A stretch of 64,000 bases of DNA from the human T2T-CHM13v2.0 reference genome, Homo sapiens, in NCBI RefSeq assembly GCF_009914755.1, contig NC_060925.1; one strand, given 5' to 3'. Shown in pieces: positions 13,559-29,645 of this stretch; position 1 is the stretch's first letter, and the number at the start of each line of letters is the position of its first letter. The position numbers were made by a program, and so were the translations under genes. The notes beneath the pieces are model-generated. The model had not been told where the DNA came from and searched no databases. It saw only the letters and a program-made list of their open reading frames with translations.

Positions 13559-14448
13559 TCAATTCCTTTAGAACACTGTCTTTCATTTCAACAAAATTAG
13601 ATTATGGTTATGTAGCTTATTTAATTAGATTGATGGCAAGAAGTTTTATAAACTGAATCAATGTGATTATGAGAGTGTTTTTCTCCTTATAAATAGAAAC
13701 ATTTGCCTTGTATTTATTTTCATATTACAGATATGTTCACAAGTTGGTCATATTTTTACAAATAATAGACACTACTTCCTAAGATCAAGAGCAATTTCCA
13801 ACGAGTATGCCTTGTTCAACTTTTATAGGTTTCTTTCAAGAGTGTTCTCAGGAAGGAATAAAAAAAGATGTTTCTTATCTAATGCAACATTGGGTAAAAT
13901 ACTTAGAAAGCCTATAGCTGAGGCTATTTTTTCAACGCTTTCAGGACATCACAATCTTTAAAATGCTAGCTAATTCTCTGCAAAGGGGTGCTGTAGAAGA
14001 CTTAACTCCACAGTGGGAGTCAGAAAATTATAGCATATTCCCACATCACAAAAACTCAAAGTTGGTCACTGAACTTAGGTAAACTACAAATATTTTGCTA
14101 TTTAATCCTTTTGTGTATAGCACACTCTTTTTTATGTTTACTTGTTAGCTTGCGTCAATAATAGCAACTTTAACATTTAAATTCCTAGAAGACAGGATCT
14201 GATTCTATTAAACATACCCTACTTACATTTTGGATACTGATGTATGTATATATGAACATGTTTACAGTAATATTATGACAGCTTTCAAAAGTTTCTCCTG
14301 GGATGACACTTTTTCGCCCTTACATCATCAAACATAAATAAGATAGTTAGATGGGCCATATTCAATTGAAGTCTCTCTTTCAAAGAATCTTTTACTATTG
14401 AAGAATTCTGACCTCTAACCCCGCTTTATTTTTAAGAATAAAATTTGA

Positions 14449-14743
14449 GGCCAGGTGCGGTGGCTCACACCTGTAATCCCAGCACTTTGGGAGTCCAAGG
14501 CAGGCAGATCACCTGAGTCTGGGAGTTCGAGACCAGCCTGACCAACATGGAGAAACCCCGTCTCTACTAAAAATACAAAATTAGCCAGGCCTGGTGGCTC
14601 ATGCCTATAATCCCAGCTACTCAGGAGGCTGAGGGAGGAGAATCACTTGAACCTGGGAGGCGGAGGTTGCGGTGAGCCAAGACCATGCCATTGCACTCCA
14701 GCCTGGGCAACAAGAGCAAAGCTCCGTCAAAAAAAAAAAAAAA
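14449..14743 (+). mobile_element. AluSp-like
   Basis: Dimer with ctgaccaacatggagaaacc and gcggtgagcc. Confidence 0.93.
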
Positions 14744-14974
14744 GTATTCAACTTCCACCACTCTGAGCTAGTACTGATGTCTTTGGCTTTTTTCTCCGAG
14801 GACCATTTTGAAGATGAAACTGAGCACTGAGTATGAACACTCTGTTACTTCTGTCAGACTCAAAACCACAGTGTATATTAAGATACAAGACTTGTTGCTA
14901 GTAATAAAACTAAGAATACAATGCCTTTCTAAAAATGTGTTTATTAATTCCTGGTGGATTATAATTACTTCTTT

Positions 14975-15315
<341 letters not shown>

Positions 15316-15404
15316 TGAGAAGTATGCATGCCTTCTTTATAATATTTATATTATAATATAATTATAATATATAATTACCTTCTTTATAATGTTTATAATT
15401 ATAA

Positions 15405-15723
<319 letters not shown>

Positions 15724-16939
15724 TATAACCCAACATTGATATGAAGTTTCATCTTCATGAGGAAAAATGAGTAAACACAGTATCCATACCAAATACTGGA
15801 AAAGAAAAACATGCTAAATATTACAAATCAACTAAACGTTTCATAACAATGATGTTGATAAATTACTGTTATTATTTGGTAAAATTAAGAACTTTATGAT
15901 ACTACTTGTCCAGTTGATTTAATTCAAAATTAAAAGTCAGCAAAATTGGCATCTTTAATGCTGGAAAAGTTTCTTTACTTTTCTTTCTCTCTTTTTTTTT
16001 TTTGCGGGGGGTGCCTAGTCATAGTACACAATGATGCTTACTAGAAATAGAACTTCAAGGGTGAAGAGGAATAAACAGGGTCTTGTTTCCTGTGATTCTT
16101 AGCCCTTTAATCATAGTGCTCCTAGGGTAGGAGAAGAGTGGGCTAGACTAAAGCAGCTTCAGGGAACTAGCTACTTTGGAGTACTAAACCACAGTCCCCG
16201 AGCAAATTCTAACAACAGCCACAGAATCCTTTCTAAAGTCTTGCCTCACCTTTAGTGTTTTAAGCCCAATGCCTTAAGTGATATACTGGTTATTTTCTTC
16301 TCCCTAGACGATTCTTGCTTGGATGGGTTGCTTTATGTCTTAGGGTTTCAGTGTATCGTCTACTGGGCATGGCAAAAACATTTCACATTTGCCTACTGAG
16401 TTTTCCCCACACTTCTGACAAGCTGTTGGATTTATGTGAAAAGTAAGGTTTTCTCTCAGTGTGTTTTTTGTTCTACACTGGGGTTTTAAATAATTATTTT
16501 TATAAATCCTCAGCCTTTTTCTCTTACTGGAATTGGGTGGAAAACAAGAGATCTTATTATAGTTTACTTTTTGACCTAAGCAGTACAATAGAAGATCTTT
16601 TGAAATGTGTAATCTTCACGACTGAAAAGTTTATAGATTTCAGTTTTTTACAAATTAAAGTTAAGGAGACCAAGTTATATTATGGAAAAATTATGATGCG
16701 AAATAGTGTTTTCCAAGATTTGCATATAGTCGGTGCTTAACAAATTCATGTTAGTTTCTTTCAAGTCAATCAGGAGTTTCTTCCTTCATCTATGAACAAA
16801 ATTATTATTAAGACAAAGTTATCCTTGAAACTCTCATACACTTGGGATAATTATGCTTAATGAGCATCTGATTTTTTTCTTACTATATTCCAAAATTGGA
16901 CTTTGAAAATCCCCATTGCATTTATTATTAGGAGAATGG

Positions 16940-17205
16940 CTGTGGGGAGAAGCATAGGTTGTGGTTAGGAGCATGGGCTTTTGCATTACCTGGACCTGAG
17001 TTGGAGCCCGTGTTGGAGCCGAGTGCGCGGGGATGAGTCACTGAACTTCTCTGTACCTCACTTTTCTTACCTGTAACAAGGGAGAAATAATACTCACCTG
17101 AAAAGGCGTTGGTGAAGAAATGAGATGATGTACGTAGAGCCTGTCACAGTAACTTACATTATAAGGGTTCAACAAGTGAGTATTGTTATTATTCCCATTA
17201 TTATC
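16940..17205 (+). mobile_element. MIR
   Basis: gtggttaggagcatggg...cactgaacttctctgtacctca..ttacctgtaa...gagatgatgtacgtagagcctg. Confidence 0.7.
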
Positions 17206-18091
17206 AAATATTTGATGTGTCAGGAGAAAAACAACGAATGTAAGTTTTAATATATTTATAATGGTATGTCCTTTGTGCCTATCTGTACTAAATTAGCGCT
17301 TTCTACAAGTGATATGAAGAACATGAGAAAACTGTTATTTTCTGGAGAAGATACAGAAGCATCAGATTTTATCAATATTATCAAAAATTATTTTTTATTT
17401 ACATGCATATGGAACCAGGAAACTATTTGGGGGGCAGGAAGGGGATAGCAAAAACCAAAAAACCCTGGGCCTTTATGTAATTCTTTTTTCAGTCCTTCTA
17501 AGGGTTCCAGATTAAATAACATTAGTTTAATTTTTTTCTTGCTTTAAAATTTTTCCCTGTAATACATTCTCACTGTTACTGGAGGTAATAAGTTAGCCAC
17601 TGGAAAGAGCCAACATGAAGGTCATATCACACTTTTTAATACTTTTTATTTTAATGATATTCTATAAGCTTGATAATTAAATGAAATGAATCAGTATAAC
17701 AAGGTTAAAAAATCCTCAGAGTAAAGCAAAACACAAGTTTAAAAAAGTCTTCCTAAGACATACATATCAATAGTAAGCACTATTCCAGTTTATAATATTA
17801 TCTAGAGATTTTAATACACTGACTCAACTCTTTCTTATTGTAATTCAACTTGCCTCATCCCAAGTTATCTTTTTTAGAAAAATCTTAATCCTCGTCCCTA
17901 CCCATTCTTCTTATACCAGTTTGCTTCTACCTTACATCCAACATTTGCCATGTTTTCTCTGGAATTCCTTGTCTAATATCAACCTAGCACATCATTGCCC
18001 TAAAATCTCCCTTAGATTTCTTTCTTACTTAGATAGGCTGGCTTAATGCAATCCTTCCCTTTGTCTTTTCCTTACAAAATATGCAGCATAT

Positions 18092-18473
18092 ATAGTCACA
18101 AGTCACTTAACAACAAGGCTATGTTCTGAGAAATGCTTTGTTAGGTGATTTTGTCATTGTGCAAACATCACCATGTACTTACGAAAACCTAGATGACATA
18201 GTCTGCCATGTACCTAGGCTATAGTCTATTGCTCCTAGGCTACAAACCTATACAGCATATTACTGTATTTTACAGTATTTTTACTGTATTTTAGTGTATT
18301 TTACAGTATTACAGTAATATTACATATTACTGTAGTTTCAATGGTAAGTATTTTTGTTATCTAAACATATCTAAATATAGAGAAGGTGCAGTAAAAATAC
18401 ATACTACAAACTTGTGGGACCACAGTCGTACATGTGGTCCATCACTGAAACCTTGTTATGTGGCACATGACTA
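18092..18473 (+). mobile_element. Tigger3a-like TcMar DNA transposon MITE
   Basis: gttctgagaaatgc..ctattgctcctaggctacaaacct..ctaaacatatctaaa; degenerate TIRs tagtca.../...catgacta. Confidence 0.85.
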
Positions 18474-18529
18474 CATAAACTCCACTTTTTAAGATTTAAG
18501 ATTTTTCATACAAAAGTAAGAAACTACAA

Positions 18530-20350
18530 CAATGTAATTATTGATATAATTAGGTTTAAACCTATTATCTTGCTATTTGTTTTCTGTTTTTTTCATTTAT
18601 TTGTTGTTCCCTTTTTCCTCCTTTTCTACTTTCTTTCATATTAATTGAACATTTGGTATCATTATAATGTGTTTCCTTTGTTAACTTGTTAGCTGTATCT
18701 TTTTTGTTGTGAAGGTTGCTCTAGGGTTTATAATAAGTGATATCCATCTTCAAGTGATATTTTGCCACTTCATGTATCGTGTAAGAAACTTACAATAATA
18801 TATTTCCATTTCTTTTCTCATAGCCTTTGTGCTCCTTATGTCATCATTTGTTGTAATGTCAGATCTATGTTTCTCAGCTGATATCATTTTCCTTCTGCCT
18901 GAAAGACATCCTTTAGCATTTCTTGCAGTAAAGTTCTGCTGGTGATGAATTCTTTCAGATTTTTTTTCTCCCCATCTCTTTCAATATCTTTCAGCCTTTT
19001 TATGTCTGCTAAAGCACTTTTTTTCCTTTCATTTTTGAAAGGTATTTTCACTGGATATAGATTTCAGGTTGACAGAGGATTTTTTTTCTTTCAATATATT
19101 AAAGATGTTGTTTCACCATCTTCTCACTTGCATTGCTTTCAGTGACAAATCTGCTGCCATTCTAATTTTTGTTCCTTTGTACATAAAGTGATTTTTTTCT
19201 CCTCTGGCTGCTTTTATTTTTTTTTTTTTCTTAATCAATAGGATTGAGCAGTTTGAATGTGATGTTCCTTTCTGCAATTTTCTTTGGGTTCATTAAGCTT
19301 CTTTGTTCTGTGGGTTTGTACTTTTCATCAAGTTTGGAATATTTTTGGCTATTACGTCTTCAGATTTTTTTTCTATTTCTCCCTTCCTCTCCTCTCTTTC
19401 AGGGACTCCAGTTAGATGTCTATTAGACTGCCTGACTGTTCCCCTGTGGCTGTTTTTTTAATTCTCCTTCTTTTGTCTCATTTTAGATTGTTTCTATTAT
19501 TATCTTCAAGTTCACTAAGTTTTTCTTCTGTAACATCATATATGCTGTTACTTCTCTCCAGTATAAGTATATTTTTATCTCACATATTATTGTTTCATCT
19601 CTAAAATTAGATTTGGGTCTCTATTTTGCTTTTTGATGGTATGGAATACAACTATCACAATCATTTTAATGTCTTTGCTCATTCTAACTCTATATCAGTT
19701 ATGATTCAGTTTCAGCTGATTAATTTTCTCCTCATTATGGGTCATATTTTCCTGCTTCCTGTACAGCTGGTTATTGGTTATTTTTACTGGGTTCCAGACA
19801 TCATGAACTTTAACTTGTTGGGTGCTAGATATTTTTGTAATTCTATAAATATTGTTGGGCTTCATTCCAGAAGACAGTTAAGTTATTTGGAAGCTGTTTG
19901 GTGCTTTTGTATCTTGCTCTTAAGATTGTCTGGTGGAAGCAGAGCAGTGCTCAATCTAAGCCTACTTATTCCCAACTATTGAGGCAGAAGCTTTTATATA
20001 CTCTACCAGTGCTGCATAAACCTTGAAGTTTTTCTGTCTGGCTGGTGAGGAATAGGCATTATTTCTGGCCCTATTACTTCTGATTTATTTGGGTCTTTCC
20101 TTGCCAAAAGTACATGTTTCCTGGCTAATGGTAAGAGTCTTTCCTTACATGGTTGTGCTTATCAGTACACAGCTGAATATTCGAGGGGATCCTCTGCAGA
20201 TATCTGGAGTTCTCTCTGTGCATCTCTCTTCTCTCTGAAATTCTTTCCATTAAACTGTATCTGCTTTGGTCTCCCGGGACTCTAAGGCCTCAACTCAGGG
20301 ATTCTTCAAGACTCCATCTAGTTCCCCCTTCCTGTGCCGTGGCCTAGAAA
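18530..20350 (-). mobile_element. Ancient L1M 5'/ORF1-region remnant
   Basis: T-rich strand with ttctgctggtgatgaattct, tttttgaaaggtattttcactggatatag, tcatcaagtttggaatattttt. Confidence 0.7.
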
Positions 20351-20399
20351 CTCTCTTTGGACATACCCCACCCCCAAGCCATAAATAGAGCACCGAGAA

Positions 20400-21200
20400 A
20401 ATAACTTATAGAGACTTGGGTGTTCACAATACAGGGAGACTAGAATCTCATTCCCCAGGTGGACAACTTCCTAGGCAGTAGTCTTATTGACCTGTCCCAC
20501 AACTACATTTCAAGGAAAAGGAAATTGGAGATGGGTAGAGAGAAGCAGTCGTTGGAAATAAGCATAGCAAGACTGCATGTTTTCATGTATCAAATACCAA
20601 GAGAGTAGGAGGACTTTAGCCATGTTTCTCATGCCCCAGCAAGTAGGCATTCTGCTGGTTGAAGTGACTCCAGCAGCAAGAGACAAGGGGGGTATGCCAA
20701 TGGGGTACACCACCCCTTGAAGGTGTCAAGAAAATGGTTCCCCTGAAGAAACTCACGAGTGCTCCCACCAGAACCAGCAGTAGGAAACCTGCCACGGAGA
20801 GGGTACAAATATCTAGTCAACATTTGCCAGAGAAGCAGTAATGCATAGCAATTTTAGTAATGAGCTCAACTAGTTAAAAAGACTGGTGCCCTTTCCTTTT
20901 AATCTCTCCTCCATGCCCTCAAACTCAAGAGAGCTTGGAAAGGAAGAAGAAGGTGAGAACAGTGAACAAACAGCTCTTGTCTCCCTGTCCTTGTCCCTTG
21001 AGTTACAATTAAGCAGGGGCTGAGGAAGGAGGGAAGATGAAAATAGAGCTTATAAATGGCTAGACATTGTTTAATAACTGAAGGTAACTAGCAAGTTATG
21101 TATCTGCCTAGGATTCTATTGAGAGAGCAGTGACTGGAGAAACATAAAACTAATTCATGTTTATTCTCCAGTGAGTTCAAACTGCCAGATTAACTGGTTA
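20400..21200 (+). mobile_element. Possible ancient (MamGyp-like) LTR remnant
   Basis: 3' end resembles old mammalian LTR termini (ttatgtatctgcctaggat...ttaactggtta); recall only, boundaries approximate. Confidence 0.3.
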
Positions 21201-22070
21201 TCTTTCTATCACCCAACACAGAGTCTCCAGTACCTAAGACCTATTTCCTAAATTAGCCAACTAATAAACCTTAATTATTTGGAATTACAATTTTCAGTTG
21301 ATATGAGTAAATAATTCAAATTTTAAAATCTTTCAAGACTAAATCTTAGACATTAGGAAGCAGCATTGATGCTCCAATACTTAGTTTGATCAAAGAAATT
21401 CAACCATATGAATCATAGTTTTGATTATAAAAGTAATTATTTTAACTTTTTGATTACTGAGATAGTTACTCCCTTTGTGTTGTTTTTCAGTATTTGTGGT
21501 GAATTTCTCTTTTCTCTACATTAAGAAAAACAATACACTTTTTACAAAATACTGTCTGAGGCTAACCTGATATCTCTATGTGACAGTTCTTTGTTGTAAC
21601 TCCCACCCTCATACAGCATCATATGTAATCCACAAGGTATTTATAATGCCCATTGTGATAGATAGGTCTCTTTACCACTAGATGGCCTGATCATCTCAAA
21701 AAATGAAGGAAAGCAATTGGTGACTCTGGCATTAATTGCCCTAGAAGTGAAGAGAACTATTTCAAGTAAGCGTATGGAACTGAAATATTTTAATCATAAC
21801 AAATAAGCTTTAATTGGCTTTCCCTGATTTCTTTAGAAAGGATTATTCTCACTTCTGCTAATATATCTTAGTTAATATCTCTCCATTTTATGTTTTTCCC
21901 ACATGGTATATGCTATTTATTACTATTGCCTTTTAAATTTTTCAGACTATCTTGCTATGGTAGTGATTAGGAATAAGCTGTCTAATTCCCATTACCACAC
22001 ATCTTTTTAAACCATATACTTGTAGCTTCATCATTAGAAAGACATTCATTGTCTTTCAAAAGTTTCATTA

Positions 22071-22409
<339 letters not shown>

Positions 22410-23495
22410 TTAAAAAAAAAAAAAAAAAAAAAAGGTGGAGGTGGGGTCTTTTCCAAGATGGCCAAATAGGAACAACTCTGGTCTGCAGCTCCTAGCGTGA
22501 TCGACACAGAAGACGGGTGATTTCTGCATTTCCAACTGAGGTACCTGATTCATCTCATTGGGACTGGTTGGACAGTGGATGCAGCCCATGGACGGTGAGC
22601 CAAAGCAGGGCAGGGCATCACCTCACCCAGGAAGTACAAGGAGTTGGGGATTTCCCTTTCCTAGCCAAGGGAGGCTGTGACAGACTGTACCTGGAAAAAT
22701 GGGACACTCCCACCTAAATACTGCACTTTTCCAGTGGTCTTAGCAAACAGCACACCAGGAGATTATATCCTGCACCTGGCTTGGCGGGTCCCACGCCCAC
22801 GGAGCCTGGCTCACTGCTAGCGCAGCAGTCTGAGATCAACCTGCAAGGCAGCAGCCTGGTAGCAGGAGGAGCGTCTGCCATTGCTGAGGCTTGAGTAGGT
22901 AAACAAAACAGCCAGGGAAGCTTGAACTGGACAGAGCCCACCACAGCTCAGCAAGGCCTGCTGTCTCTGTTCACTCCACCTCTGGGAGCAGGGCATAGCT
23001 GAACAAAAGGCAGCAGAAACTTCTGCAGACTTAAACATCCCTGTCTGACAGCTCTGAAGAGAGCAGTGGTTCTCCCAGCTGGTGTTTGAGCTCTGAGAAT
23101 GGACAGATTGCCTCCTCAGGTGGGTCCCTGACCACCGTGTAGCCTAACTGGGAGAAACCTCCTAGTAGGGGCCGAGTGACACCTCATACAGGCGGGTGCC
23201 CCTCTGGGATGAAGCTTCCAGACGAAGGATCAGGCAGCAGTATTTGCTGTTCTGCAATATATGCTGTTCTGCAATTTTTGCTGTCCTGCAGCCTCCGCTG
23301 GTGCTACCCAGTAAACAGGGTTGGGAGTGGACCTCCAGCAAATTCCAACAGACCTGCAGCTGAGGGTCCTGACTGTTAGAAGGAAAACTAACAAACAGAA
23401 AGGATAGTACCAACATTAACAAAAACAACATCCACACCAAAACCCCATCTGTAGGTTGCCAACATCAAAGACCAAAGGTAGATAAAACCACAAAG

Positions 23496-24521
23496 ATGGG
23501 GAGAAACCAGAGCAGAAAAGCTGAAAATTCTAAAAACTGAGCACCTCTTCTCCTCCAAAGGATTGCAGCTCCTCATCAGCAATGGAACAAAGCTGGACAG
23601 AGAATGACTTTGACGAGTTGACAGAAGTAGGCTTCAGAGGATCGGTAATAACAAACTTCTCTGAGCTAAAGGAGGATGTTTGAACCCATTGTGAGGAAGC
23701 TAAAAACCTTGAAAAAAGACTGGATGAATGGCTAACTGGAATAAACAGTGTAGAGAAGACCTGAAATGACATGACGGAGCTGAAAACCATGGCAAGAGAA
23801 CTACATGACGCATGCACGAGCTTCAGTAGCTGATTCAATCAAGTGGAAGAAAGGGTATCAGTGATTGAAGATCAAATTAATGAAATAAAGCGAGAAGAGA
23901 AGTTTAGAGAAAAAAGACTAAAAAGAAATGAACAAATCCTCCAAGAAATATGGGACTATGTGAAAAGACCAAATCTATGTTTGACTGGTGTACCTGAAAG
24001 TGATGGGGAGAATGGAGCCAAGTTGGAAAACACTCTTCAGGATATTATCCAGGAGAACTTCCCCAACCTAGTTAGGCAGGCCAACATTTAAACTGAGGAA
24101 ATACAGAGAACACCACAGAGATACTCCTTGAGAAGAGCAACCCCAAGACACATAATTGTCAGATTCACCAAGGATGAAATGAAGGAAAAAATGTTAAGGG
24201 CAGCCAGAGAGAAAGGTTGGGTTACTCACAAAAGGAAGCCCATCAGACTAACAGCAGATCTCTCGGCAGAAACTCTACAAGCCAGAAGAGAGTGGGGGCC
24301 AATATTCAACATTCCTAAAGAAAAAAATTTTCAACCCAGAATTTCATACACAGCCAAACTAAGCTTCATAAGTGAAGGAGAAATAAAATACTTTACAGAC
24401 AAGCAAATGCTGAGAGATTTTTGTCACCACGAGGCCTGCCTTACAAGAGCTCCTGAAGGAAGCAATAAACATGAAAAGGAACAACTGGTACCAGCCACTG
24501 CAAAAACATGCCAAATTGTAA
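23496..24521 (+). pseudogene. L1 ORF1p remnant
   Basis: ATGGGGAGAAACCAG to ccaaattgTAA; EIWDYVKRPNL, RATPRHIIVRF; several stops. Confidence 0.92.
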
Positions 24522-24786
24522 AGACCATCGATGCTAGGAAGAAACTGCATCAACTAATGGTCTAAATAACCAGCTAACATCATAATGACAGGATCAAATT
24601 CACACATAACAATATTAACCTTAAATGTAAATGGGCTAAATGCTCCAATTAAAAGACACAGACTGGCAAATTGGATAAAGAGTTAAGACCCATCAGTGTG
24701 CTGTATTCAGGAGACCCATCTCACGTACAGAGACAGATATAGGCTCAAAATAAAGGAATTCAGGAAGATCTACCAAGCAAATGGAA

Positions 24787-24789
<3 letters not shown>

Positions 24790-24826
<37 letters not shown>
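24790..24826 (+). repeat. (A)37 homopolymer inside L1 ORF2
   Basis: Direct count; the homologous run in the other L1 (6882-6889) is 8 nt. Confidence 0.95.
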
Positions 24827-24827
<1 letters not shown>

Positions 24828-25244
24828 CAGGGGTTGCAATCCTAGTTTCTGATATAACAGACTTTAAACCAACAAAGATCAAAAGAGACAAAGAAAGCCA
24901 TTACATAATGGTAAAGGGATCAATTCAACAAGAAGAGCTAACTATCCTAAATATATATGCACCCATACAGGAGCACCCAGATTCATAAAGCAAGTCCTTA
25001 GAGACTTACGGAGAGACTTAGACTCCCACACAATAATAGTGGGAAACTTTAACACCCCACTGTCAATATTAGACAGATCAACAAGACAGAAGGTTAACAA
25101 GGATATCCAGGAGTTGAACTCAGCTCTGCACCAAGCAAACCTAATAGACATCTACAGAATCGCAACCCCAAATCAACAGAATATACATTCTTGTCAGCAC
25201 CACATCACACTTATTCCAAAATTGACCACATAGTTGGAAGTTAA

Positions 25245-26257
<1,013 letters not shown>

Positions 26258-26260
26258 TGA

Positions 26261-26566
<306 letters not shown>

Positions 26567-26589
26567 TGAAAACTGGCAAAAGACAGTGA

Positions 26590-27159
<570 letters not shown>

Positions 27160-27898
27160 TAAAAAAGAGCCCGCATTGCCAAGACAATCCTAAGCAAAAA
27201 GAACAGAGCTGGAGGCATCACCCTACCTGACTTCAAACTGTACTACAACGCTACAGTAACCAAAACAGCATGGTAATGGTACCAAAACAGAGATATAGAT
27301 CAATGGAACAGAACAGAGGCCTCAGAAATAACACCACACATCTACAACCATCTGATTTTTGACAAACCTGACAAAAACAAGAAATGGGGAAAGGATTCCC
27401 TATTTACTAAATGGTGCTGGGAAAACTGGCTAGCCATATGTAGAAAGCTGAAACTGGATCCCTTCCTTACACCTTATACAAAAATTAATTCAAGATGGAT
27501 TAAAGACTTAAATGTTAGACCTAAAACCATAAAAACCCTAGAAGAAAACCTAGGTAATGCCATTCAGGACATAGGCATGGGCAAGGACTTCATGACTAAA
27601 ACACCAAAAGCAATGGCAACAAAAGCCAAAATAGACAAATGGGATCTAATTAAACTAAAGAGCTCCTGCACAGCAAAAGAAACTACCATCAGAGTGAACA
27701 GGCAACTTACAGAATGGAAGAAAATTTTTGCAATCTACCCATCTGACAAAGGGCTAATATCCAGAATCTACAAAGAACTTAAACAAATTTATAAGAAAAA
27801 ACAACCACATCAAAAAGTGGGCAAAGGATATGAGCAGACACTTCGCAAAAGAAGACATTTATGCAACCAACAGACACATGAAAAAATGCTCATCATCC

Positions 27899-28200
<302 letters not shown>

Positions 28201-29191
28201 TCATCATCACTGGTCATTAGAGAAATGCAAATCAAAACCACAATGAGATACCATCTCACAGCAGTTGGAATGGTGATCACTAAAAAGTCAGGAAACAACA
28301 GATGCTGGAGAGAATGTGGAGAAATAGGAACGCTTTTATACTGTTGGTGGGAGTGTAAATTAGTTCAACCATTGTGGAAGACAGTGTAGTGATTCCTCAA
28401 GGATCTAGAACTACAAATACCATTTGACTCAGTGATCCCATTACTGGGTATATACCCAAAGGATTACAAATCATGCTACTATAAAGACACATGCACACAT
28501 ATGTTTATTGTGGCACTATTCACAATAGCAAAGACTTGGAACCAACCCAAATGTCCATCAATGATAGAGTGGATTAAGAAAATGTGGCACATATACACCA
28601 TGGAATACTATGCAGCCATAAAAAAGGATGAGTTCATGTCCTTTGCAGGGACATGGATGAAGCTGGAAACCATCATTCTGAGCTACCACAAAGACAGAAA
28701 ACTAAACACCACCTGTTCTCACTATAGGTGGGAATTGAACAATGAGAATGCTTGGACACAGGGCGGGGAACATCACACACCAGGGCCTGTCATGGGGTGG
28801 GGGACTGGGGGCCAGATAGCATTAGGAGAAATACCTAATGTAAATGGCGAGTTGATGGGTGCAGCAAACCAACATGGCACGTTGTGCACATGTACCCTAG
28901 AACTTAAAGTATTTTTTTAAAATACCATTTTTAAAAAATAAAAATTCCTTGGAATTCATAAAGTATTAAAATTCTCTAACAAATACTTTTTATTTAATTT
29001 TCTTTTCCTTTATATTCATTGAACTTGCAATTATTCTGGGCCTAAGTATTAATTCTGTGGCTAATTCTGAGACCTCAGATTCCTATTCCTCTCTTAAGTA
29101 CAACTTGCCTTTAGGTTATTTCTCTGCTCACTAGTACCTTGACCATGGGATGAACAAGGAAAACAAGAACTCCATTTTTTTAAAAAAAATG

Positions 29192-29645
29192 TTCACAATA
29201 GCAAAGACTTGGAACCAACCCAAATGTCCAACAATGATAGACTGGATTAAGAAAATGTGGCACATATACACCATGGAATACTATGCAGCCATTAAAAATG
29301 ATGAGTTCATGTCCTTTGTAGGGACATGGATGAAATTGGAAACCATCATTCTCAGTAAACTATCGCAAGAACAAAAAACCAAACACCGCATATTCTCACT
29401 CATAGGTGGGAATTGAACAATGAGATCACATGGACACAGGAAGGGGAATATCACACTCTGGGGACTGTGGTGGGGTCGGGGGAGGGGGGAGGGATAGCAT
29501 TGGGAGATATACCTAATGCTAGATGACACGTTAGTGGGTGCAGCGCACCAGCATGGCACATGTATACATATGTAACTAACCTGCACAATGTGCACATGTA
29601 CCCTAAAACTTAGAGTATAATTAAAAAAAAAAATTAAAAAAAAAA
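29192..29645 (+). mobile_element. 5'-truncated L1HS, pre-Ta subset (human-specific)
   Basis: gatgacACGttag (29528-29530) and aaaacttaG (29613) diagnostics; poly-A; TSD A(n)(t/a)gttc at 29182-29194 and ending 29649. Confidence 0.92.

Noticed and set aside
22412-22433. A22 run directly upstream of the L1 5' end
   Set aside because: Probably an expanded A-rich target site; no TSD could be resolved to support anything more.
23241-23290. Three copies of tgctgttctgca in the L1 5'UTR
   Set aside because: This motif is already tandem in related L1s as I recall; an extra copy is simple slippage.
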